Shown here in pieces: positions 57,236-64,000 of a stretch of DNA of 64,000 bases; within the stretch, counting starts at the first letter, position 1, and every line of letters begins with the position of its first letter. The DNA comes from an uncultured Acidobacteriota bacterium (lineage in GTDB: Bacteria > Acidobacteriota > Thermoanaerobaculia > Multivoradales > UBA5704), in NCBI GenBank assembly GCA_963770895.1, contig CAVYRF010000001.1, positions 2,016,001-2,080,000 of the forward strand, in the 5' to 3' direction. A program made the translations under genes and the position numbers. The notes beneath the pieces are model-generated. The model saw nothing but the letters and a program-made list of their open reading frames with translations, did no database searches and was not told the DNA's origin.

Positions 57236-58753
57236 ATGACCCACCGTCTGTTCGCCCGCAAGCCGTTGCAAGATCCGAACGCGGCACCGCAGGAACCTGG
57301 CGATGGGGAAGGGCTGCGGCGCGCGCTCGGCCCGGTGCAGCTCACCGCGATCGGCATCGGCGCCATCCTGGGCGCCGGGATCTTCGTCACCACCGGCGTC
57401 ATCGCCCGCCAGACCGCCGGTCCGGCCCTGCTGCTCTCCTACGTCGTGGCGGCCGTCGCCTGCACCTTCGCCGCCCTCTGCTACGCCGAGCTGGCGGCGC
57501 TGGTGCCCGCCGCCGGCTCCGCCTACGCCTATGCCTACGCAACCCTGGGCGAGCTGCCCGCCTGGCTGATCGGCTGGACCCTGATCCTGGAATACGGAGG
57601 GGGCGCCGCCCTGGTCGCCAACGGCTGGTCCGGCTATCTGCAAAGCGCCCTGGCCTCCTTCGGCCTGCACCTGCCGCACGCCATCGCCGGCCCCGTCGTG
57701 CACTACGACCCCCACCTCGGGGCCCTGGTCGCCACCGGATCCCTGGTCAACCTGCCGGCGGTCGCGATCGTCGCCCTCCTGATGATCATCCTGGTCGCCG
57801 GCATCCGCGAAAGCGCCCGCCTCAACGCCGCCATGGTCGCCGTGAAGCTCCTCGCGGTCCTCTTCGTCGTCGGCGCCGGCGCCTTCTACGTCAACCGCCA
57901 CAACTGGCACCCCTTCGCGCCCTACGGCCTGGGCGGCCTCGGCCTCTTCGGCAAAACCCTCCTGGGAAGCACCGACGCCGGAGGCCGCCCCGTCGGCATG
58001 CTCGCCGGCGCCGCCCTGGCTTTTCTGTCCTACTTCGGCTTCGATGCCGTCTCCACCCAAGCCGAGGAAGCGCGGCGCCCCCAGCGCGACGTCCCCATCG
58101 CCATCCTGGCCTCCCTCGCCATCTGCACCACCCTCTACATGGCCGTCGTCACCGTGCTCACCGGCATGGTCCCCTACGACCGCCTCGACCTCAACGCCCC
58201 CCTGGCCAACGCCTTCGCCCAGGTCGGCCTGGGCTGGGCGAATCTCCTCATCTCCCTGGCCGGAGTCGCCGCCATCACCACCGTCGAGTTGGTGCTGCTG
58301 CTCTCCCTGCCGCGCATCCTCCTGGCCATGGCGCGCGACGGCCTCCTGCCCACCCGCTTTTTTGCCGCCGTCCACCCACGCTTCCGCACCCCCTGGAAAG
58401 CAACCCTGGCCACCGGCCTCCTGGTCGCCGTCCTTGCCGCCTTCCTCCCCATGGACCTCATGCTCAACCTGGCCATCATGGGCACGCTCTTCATCTTCAT
58501 CGTCGTGTGCCTGGCCATCCCCATCATGCGCCGCTCCCACCCCCACCTCGACCGCCCCTTCCGCGTCCCCTGGGTCCCCCTCACCCCCCTCCTCGGTGCC
58601 ATCAGCTGCCTGGTCCTCATGTGCGGCCTGCCCGCCGAAAACTGGCTCCGCCTCCTCCTCTGGTGCCTGGCCGGCCTGGTCCTCTACCTCCTCTACGGCC
58701 GTCACCACAGCCTCCTCTCCGCACGCGGCGCCGGGCAACAGCGGCAACCATGA
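57236..58753 (+). CDS. APC-family amino acid permease
   Basis: LFARKP, GIGAILGAGIFV, LCYAELA, GSAYAY, GFDAVST, RPFRVP. Confidence 0.93.
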   Translation: MTHRLFARKPLQDPNAAPQEPGDGEGLRRALGPVQLTAIGIGAILGAGIFVTTGVIARQTAGPALLLSYVVAAVACTFAALCYAELAALVPAAGSAYAYAYATLGELPAWLIGWTLILEYGGGAALVANGWSGYLQSALASFGLHLPHAIAGPVVHYDPHLGALVATGSLVNLPAVAIVALLMIILVAGIRESARLNAAMVAVKLLAVLFVVGAGAFYVNRHNWHPFAPYGLGGLGLFGKTLLGSTDAGGRPVGMLAGAALAFLSYFGFDAVSTQAEEARRPQRDVPIAILASLAICTTLYMAVVTVLTGMVPYDRLDLNAPLANAFAQVGLGWANLLISLAGVAAITTVELVLLLSLPRILLAMARDGLLPTRFFAAVHPRFRTPWKATLATGLLVAVLAAFLPMDLMLNLAIMGTLFIFIVVCLAIPIMRRSHPHLDRPFRVPWVPLTPLLGAISCLVLMCGLPAENWLRLLLWCLAGLVLYLLYGRHHSLLSARGAGQQRQP

Positions 58754-58915
58754 CCGAAAATCACAATGTGACCTGGGCCATCACCAACGGTCAATTCGAA
58801 CGTGTCCGGGGGCGGCGCTGCTGCCTTAGGATGTGATCAAAAGTGCTAACAGGGCGACCAGCGAGTGAGCAAGGCGACGACCTGCGCCGTGAAGCCGGCA
58901 GGGCCGTGCGGCGCC

Positions 58916-59010
58916 TCACTCCTCCCCCAGGTAGGCCGCGCGCACGTGGTCGCTCTCGCTCAGGGCGGTGGCGGTCCCGGCGAGGACGACGCGCCCCGAC
59001 TCCATCACCG
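58916..59010 (-). pseudogene. C-terminal fragment of a LivF-like branched-chain ABC ATPase
   Basis: VMESGRVVLAGTATALSESDHVRAAYLGEE* without any upstream ATPase domain. Confidence 0.65.
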
Positions 59011-59300
59011 CGGCGCGGGAGTGAGCTCGACACCCAGCCGCTTGGGACGCCACACCCCTGAGCGGCCGGTGCCTCCCCAGTCTGCTGCATACCATATGCA
59101 GGAAAGTGGATTTTTTGGCCGCCACGGCCCCCCAGCTCAGGATCAAGCCTCACCGCCCGCAGGAGAAGCTGCGTGAGCCGCCAGGCTCACGCAGCCACTG
59201 AGGTCGAGAGCAGGGTTCAGCCCATCATGGGCGAGGGTCGGCTGGCGTTGGTGCTCGCGGCGCGGCGAAGGGCCAGGGGCGGCACCGATCCAGACTTCGG

Positions 59301-59393
59301 GTGGGCCATCAAGCAAGTCACAGTTTGGTGGCTGAGCTGCTGCAGGAAGGCCGCTACAGCCTGCAAGCGAATCGGAAGAACCGCGAAGGGACC
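59301..59393 (+). pseudogene. ISAzo13-family transposase fragment
   Basis: HQASHSLVAELLQEGRYSLQANRKNREG resembles the YSLQANRKTxEG motif of this family. Confidence 0.65.
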
Positions 59394-59406
59394 GGCCTCC
59401 CATTCT

Positions 59407-59928
59407 TCAATCGAATAGCCGCCGGATATCGGCCATTGGCCGAAACAACTTCATGGGCTGGTCCAGAAACGGAAGGAAGCTTTCCCGCTCGTAGAAACGG
59501 CGAGCGCTCTCATCTTTCGCATCGACGATCACCGCGAACGAGGCGATCTCGCTCCGCGCGGCGCGGTAGAGCGCGTCGGCAAGCAGAAACCGCCCGTAGC
59601 CCTTACCCTGTTGGCGGCGATCGACGGCAAGCCGGCCCAGCAGCGTCGCCGGGACCAATGGATATCGCGGGAGCTTGCGCACAGTCTGTGCCGGCAGCTC
59701 GGCGAGCTGCACCGATGTCGAGGAGAGGGTGTAGTACCCCCCGATCGCCCCGTCCGGTAGCAGCAGGACAAAGGGTGCGGCCATGTTCTTCCGCGCGTCC
59801 TGGCCTGCCTGCGTCCGGAAATATCGATCGAGCGGTTCTACACCACTCTCGAATTCCGACCGGTCATGGCTGGACGTCAGCGGTTCGACGCGAAGTTTCT
59901 CTTCTTTTTCTTCGGACACGCGCGTCAA
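59407..59928 (-). CDS. GNAT acetyltransferase toxin (AtaT/TacT-like)
   Basis: HDRSEFESG..LD.Y, GYYTLS, PATLLGRLAVD...GKGYG, VDAKDE...FYE. Confidence 0.9.
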   Translation of the reverse strand: MTRVSEEKEEKLRVEPLTSSHDRSEFESGVEPLDRYFRTQAGQDARKNMAAPFVLLLPDGAIGGYYTLSSTSVQLAELPAQTVRKLPRYPLVPATLLGRLAVDRRQQGKGYGRFLLADALYRAARSEIASFAVIVDAKDESARRFYERESFLPFLDQPMKLFRPMADIRRLFD

Positions 59929-60227
59929 ACGCCGGCTCGCTCGCGATAGCGGCGCACCGTGTCGCGCAGACGGTCATTGACCGGCTGCGGTTTCAGCAGC
60001 GCGTTGACGAAAGCCTCGCTGTCGCGGACAGAGAGGGCGAGCTGGCTGTGTTCCTCGATCGCACGCCGCGCGGCGTCTTGCACGCTCGTCAGCACAAAGT
60101 CGGTCACGCTCCGTCCCTGCAGGGTGGCTGCCCGCTCGATCAGGCTCTTCTGCTCTGCGGTGACGCGCGCCTCCAAGCGCTCCGCCCGTGTGCGCTTGGT
60201 CATGGATCTGGATGCTGCATTGGCCAT
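59925..60227 (-). CDS. DUF1778 RHH antitoxin (TacA/AtaR-like)
   Basis: ERLEARVTAEQKSLIERAA..GRSVTDFV, LS..D...F..AL..P..N..L; AGGAGG RBS; overlaps toxin start. Confidence 0.92.
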   Translation of the reverse strand: MANAASRSMTKRTRAERLEARVTAEQKSLIERAATLQGRSVTDFVLTSVQDAARRAIEEHSQLALSVRDSEAFVNALLKPQPVNDRLRDTVRRYRERAGV

Positions 60228-60243
60228 GGCCGTCCTCCTGACA

Positions 60244-60264
60244 CCATTGTACGGCCAATGGCCG
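60244..60264 (-). promoter_or_regulatory. TA promoter/operator
   Basis: Minus-strand -10 TACAAT next to the palindrome CGGCCA-A-TGGCCG (60252-60264). Confidence 0.55.
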
Positions 60265-60509
60265 GGCATTTCAAGCTAGCCTCCCATAGGAGGCCCCCTC
60301 GGCTCTGCCGGTCCGCGCGCGGTTCGCTCTTCGGCCACGCGGGATAGTCGCCGCCTCGGCTTCCGAGGCGGCGACGGCACCGTCAGGGTTCTCGGCTTGG
60401 GATGGGCTCGCCGCCGCGGCGGAGCGGGATTCCCCGCGGCGCCGCTTGTAGGGAATGGGGCGGCACGATACCGCCCCGCTTGCTTCAGGACTTCTTGAAC
60501 GGGATCACT

Positions 60510-60643
60510 TCCCCGGCCGGCTGGCCGCCATCCGCCACTGCCGGATGGTGGCGCGGATCGCCGTGGCGGCCTTGGTGCTGATCGCCGGCAGGAAGCTGAC
60601 GAAGAACTCTCCCTGTCGGTTCTTAGCCCGTCGAGGTTGGAAG
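60510..60643 (-). pseudogene. Group II intron RT/maturase fragment
   Basis: FQPRRAKNRQGEFFVSFLPAISTKAATAIRATIRQWR resembles the segment following RT motif 7 in LtrA-like proteins; no YADD present. Confidence 0.6.
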
Positions 60644-60802
60644 CGCGGCGCCTCCAGCAGGACCTTGTCGAGGAGCCGTGCGTCTTCGCGGGCGATGGCC
60701 AGGAAAAGGGCGGCAAGCCGAAGATAGTATCTAGCTGGCAGAGGGCATGGCCCGACCGTACCGCCTACAATGGCGCCAGCCCCCACGCCACGAGGAGAGG
60801 CC

Positions 60803-61837
60803 ATGCACCGAGCCGCGCCAGTCACGTTCGTAGCCGCTCTCGCCGTCGCGAGCGCTCTCACCGCCATCACCCCGCTTCATGCCGAGGGCTCCAAGGTCGT
60901 CAAGCACACTAGCGTGCCGATTTTCGGCAGCGTTTCCGAATCCGATAGCACCGAATGGGTCTCGCCCCAGGCGAAGCGCACCGAAGGTGCCAGCAGCGTC
61001 AAGGGCGGATTCATTGGAGCGCTGGCGAAACTGCACCGGGACAAGCAACGTGTCGTCATCATACGGCTCGACAAGGGCGTCGTCTGGACGCTCGATCCTG
61101 CGAACCAGACCTACACCGAGGCTCCGATCGCCCGCTATCAGGAACCCTCTGCCGAGGGCGGCAACGGCCGGCCGGCACCGCCGCCGCAGGAGAAAAGCAG
61201 CATCCGCGTCGTCGGCGCCGATTTTAGCGTGAAGGCAACCGGCCAGGAAAACACCATCGCCGGCTTCGCCTGCAAGCAGTCGGTCATGGACGGCTACATC
61301 GAGTTCGAAGATTCCGAGAGCAAGGACCGCTCGCGCTGGGAATTCCATGACGAAAGATGGTCGACCGCGGTGACGCCGGCGATTCGCCACTATCAGGAGG
61401 CCGAACGCGAATTCGGCCGCAACTACATTGCCAAGCTCGGCATTGCGACCCCCGACGCGCGTACCGCCGATGCCATGCTGCAGGGCCTGATGCGCAGCAC
61501 CGGTATCTCCGGCGCGCAGCTCGCAAAGGCTACCGCCAAGCTGGCCAGCGAATCCGCGAAGATCTCGGGCTTCGCGATCGTCAACCATTTCCGCTGGAGT
61601 CTCTCCTCGCAGAACGGCAAGCCGGCGCCGGCGGGAAGCGGCGCGAACTCCGGCGAGCCTGCGGGCGCTCCGCAGCAGGGTGGGCTTGCCTCCATCTTCC
61701 GCCGCAATCGCGATAGCTCGGACTCAAGCGGCAATGGCGGCCTCACCATCGAAGGAACGACCGAGATCCGTTCGCTGAGCGACGAAAGCGGCGACTTCAC
61801 CATCCCCGCCGGCTATCGCAAGGTCGACAGCAACTGA
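60803..61837 (+). CDS. Secreted hypothetical protein (DUF4412-like)
   Basis: GAGGAGAGG RBS, signal peptide, IIRLDKGVVWTLDP...TYTE, TGQENTIAGFACK, FTIPAGYRKV. Confidence 0.75.
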   Translation: MHRAAPVTFVAALAVASALTAITPLHAEGSKVVKHTSVPIFGSVSESDSTEWVSPQAKRTEGASSVKGGFIGALAKLHRDKQRVVIIRLDKGVVWTLDPANQTYTEAPIARYQEPSAEGGNGRPAPPPQEKSSIRVVGADFSVKATGQENTIAGFACKQSVMDGYIEFEDSESKDRSRWEFHDERWSTAVTPAIRHYQEAEREFGRNYIAKLGIATPDARTADAMLQGLMRSTGISGAQLAKATAKLASESAKISGFAIVNHFRWSLSSQNGKPAPAGSGANSGEPAGAPQQGGLASIFRRNRDSSDSSGNGGLTIEGTTEIRSLSDESGDFTIPAGYRKVDSN

Positions 61838-62032
61838 AGCGCTTCGCGGTCTGCCCGGCGCGCCGGTCGGCCAGCTGGCCTTTGGGGCGCCCCGCCTGCC
61901 AGGGCTACACTTGCTAGCCTTCCGAAGGGATTAATACCCGGCCGCCCCCGTGCTGATCGCTTCTGTACCGACCGCCCGCGACCATCGTCAACGGCCAGAT
62001 TTGCCGCCGGCACTCGGTTCAGCGAGCGGCGC

Positions 62033-64000
62033 TCACGGCGCCGGGGCGGCCGGCTCGCTCGCGATCGGGGCGAGCCCCGCGGCAGCCAGCTCGCGGTTGG
62101 TCGCGGCGAGCTCTCCCTCGGTGAAGGCCCGCCACGCGGCGACGGCGTGCGCGGCCAGGGAGCTCAGGGCGTCGAGACCGGCGCGCGCGTCGGCGCTCGG
62201 CGCGGCATCGGCTCCTTCGATCGCGTCGAACAGCGTGCGCGCGCGCTCGGTTGCGAAACGCAGGCTGTCGGTCCGCGGCGGCGAGCCCGGCCGGCCGCTC
62301 GCCCGCTCCTGGTCGCCGGCGACTCCCGCGATCTGCGCGCCGTCGCGCTCGAGCCGATCGAGGCGCTCCCGCAGCGCCGCCGGCGCGCGCTCGCGACGGG
62401 CACCGGCAGCGTGGAGTACGGCGTCGGCGGCCGCCTGCGCGCTGGCCAGCGACACCTGTATCGCCTGCACCTGGCGTGCCGCCGCCAGCTGCTCCTCGTA
62501 GGCGCTCGCCGGGAGCGCCAGGCGCGGGTCGGCAAGCACCTCGAGACTCTGCTCCAGCCGGCTGCCGTCAACGGTGAGCACCAGGCGGTAGCGCCCCGGC
62601 GCCGCCCACAGGCCGTCCGCCCATGAATCGCCGTGGCTGGTCTCCTTGGGCGCCGCCCATCGCAGCGGCCAGACGAACCGGTGCATGCCCGGCTCGGCCG
62701 TCAGGGTGACCCGCGGCGCGGACCACTGCGGGGCCACCCGAAGCTCGGCGGGCGCGACCGGCTTGGGCAGGTCGGCGCTGCTGTAGCGGCGCACCAGCTG
62801 GCCCGCGGCGTCGAAGATTTCGAGCGTCACCGGCCGGCGGGCCGGCTCCCGCAGCACGTAGTCGACGTAGGCGCCATCCGGCGGATTGGCGGCTGTCGGC
62901 TCGTCCTTCTGGAGCGGCGTGCCGGTGAAGGAGGCGACGCGCAGGCGGACCGCCGGCGCGGGCCGGTAGAGCCAGGCGGCGGCCGCCACCTCGCCCGCCT
63001 GGCGCAGCGGCTCGACATCGTCAAGGATCCAGAAGCCGCGGCCGTGCGTGGCGATGACGAGATCGGCGTCGTGGACTTCGAGGTCGCGCACCGAGGTGAC
63101 CGGCAGCCCGAGCTGCAGCGACTGCCAGTGGTCGCCGTCGTCGAAGGAGACGTAGACGCCCTTCTCGGTGCCGGCATAGAGCAGGCCGCGCCGCACCGGA
63201 TCGGCGCGCACGGCGTTGACGACGCTGCCGTCCGGGATGCCCACGACGGCAAGCTCCCAATGCGCACCGCCGTCGCGGGTGCGGTACAGGTAGGGGTGGA
63301 AGTCGTCGACGCGGTGGCGGTCGACGGCGGCATAGGCGCTCTCGGCGGCGAACGGCGACGGCTCCAGGATGCCGATCTTCGACCACGGCGCCAGACCCGC
63401 CGGGGTCACGTCCTGCCAATGGCCGCCCTCGTCGCGGGTGCGCCAGACGCGGCCGTCGTCGGTTCCCACCCAGAGGTCGCGATCGGCGAGGCGCGAGGGG
63501 GCGATCGTGTAGACGACGCCGCGGCGGGGACCGCCATGGAGGTCGTCGGCAGCGGTCGCGGCATCGAGGTTTGCCGGCACGCCAGGGTCCTCCCGCGTCA
63601 GGTCGGGGGAGATGACCGACCAGTGGTCGCCCCCGTCCGCGGTGCGGAACACCTTCTGGTTGCCGTAGTAGAGAACCCTTGGGTCGCGCCGCGAAAAGGC
63701 CAGCGGCAGCGTCCATTCGTCGCGGTAGACCTCGCCGGGATAGGCGAGGGTGGGATCGACGTTGCGAGTCTGCTGGGTGCGGCGGTCGAGACGCGTCACC
63801 CGCCCGCCGTAGATCGTCTGCGGATCGTCGGGATCGGGAGCGATCATGTCGCTCTCGCCACCGGCGGTGATCTCGGTGAACTGCATCATGGTGATGCCGT
63901 CGTGAGAGCTGCCGCGGACCGGCAGCGCCACCGCCCCGGAGTCCTGCTGGGCGCCGTAGACCCAGTAGGGGAAACGGCCATCGGTCGCCACGTGGTAGAT
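62033..64000 (-). CDS. VPS10/BNR-repeat glycosyl hydrolase-like protein (5' part outside window)
   Basis: Repeated Asp-box motifs RTADGGDHW, RTRDEGGHW, RTRDGGAHW, SFDDGDHW; YGAQQDSG; ATHGRGFWILDD. Confidence 0.9.
   Translation of the reverse strand: MYHVATDGRFPYWVYGAQQDSGAVALPVRGSSHDGITMMQFTEITAGGESDMIAPDPDDPQTIYGGRVTRLDRRTQQTRNVDPTLAYPGEVYRDEWTLPLAFSRRDPRVLYYGNQKVFRTADGGDHWSVISPDLTREDPGVPANLDAATAADDLHGGPRRGVVYTIAPSRLADRDLWVGTDDGRVWRTRDEGGHWQDVTPAGLAPWSKIGILEPSPFAAESAYAAVDRHRVDDFHPYLYRTRDGGAHWELAVVGIPDGSVVNAVRADPVRRGLLYAGTEKGVYVSFDDGDHWQSLQLGLPVTSVRDLEVHDADLVIATHGRGFWILDDVEPLRQAGEVAAAAWLYRPAPAVRLRVASFTGTPLQKDEPTAANPPDGAYVDYVLREPARRPVTLEIFDAAGQLVRRYSSADLPKPVAPAELRVAPQWSAPRVTLTAEPGMHRFVWPLRWAAPKETSHGDSWADGLWAAPGRYRLVLTVDGSRLEQSLEVLADPRLALPASAYEEQLAAARQVQAIQVSLASAQAAADAVLHAAGARRERAPAALRERLDRLERDGAQIAGVAGDQERASGRPGSPPRTDSLRFATERARTLFDAIEGADAAPSADARAGLDALSSLAAHAVAAWRAFTEGELAATNRELAAAGLAPIASEPAAPAP

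Noticed and set aside
60300-60500. IS1634-like fragment (VQEVLKQAGRYR) and IS3-like tail (PEVWI at ~59290)
   Set aside because: Motifs are too short to support a call.
60510-60643. Functional RT system (DGR or retron) acting on the island repeats
   Set aside because: Only a ~45-codon maturase-like relic without catalytic YADD; repeat differences are not adenine-specific.

Overview
GC-rich window, most likely from an Acidobacteriota genome (ADOP-type duplicated permease, VPS10/BNR protein, large NRPS; inference from gene content). (1) 2-11370: the 3' end of an NRPS (partial C, A-T, C-A(N-MT)-T-TE), then a separately promoted operon encoding a secreted protein and an MMPL exporter. (2) About 11400-27070: a visibly less GC-rich accessory island punctuated by four copies of a ~280-bp repeat. 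It holds a tyrosine-integrase remnant, two paralog pairs of secreted ~380-410 aa proteins, Cys-rich secreted small-protein genes (one intact, the rest decayed), and a complete 3.65-kb four-gene DDE/AAA transposon (TG..CA ends, 5-bp TSD) inserted in one repeat copy. It also holds two XRE-HTH/TPR-like regulators flanking a secreted precursor with tandem 18-aa C-x-x-D-P-x-G/S-x-C cores. This last unit is the best candidate for an undescribed RRNPP-like peptide signalling system. (3) 27141-58753: a RoxA/MauG-like di-heme lipoprotein with a GMC oxidoreductase, AhpD/MocR pair, YdeI, a nuoA-E-F-G-H-J-K-L-M-N-rex operon lacking nuoB/C/D/I and preceded by a Rex box, tRNA-Leu(CAG), rnr, der, a lipoprotein, Uma2, thrC, ADOP permease, yaeQ and an APC permease. 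(4) 58900-60730: mobile-element debris around an intact DUF1778/GNAT toxin-antitoxin pair, then a secreted protein and a partial VPS10-type protein. All calls come from motif reading by eye; no database searches were run.
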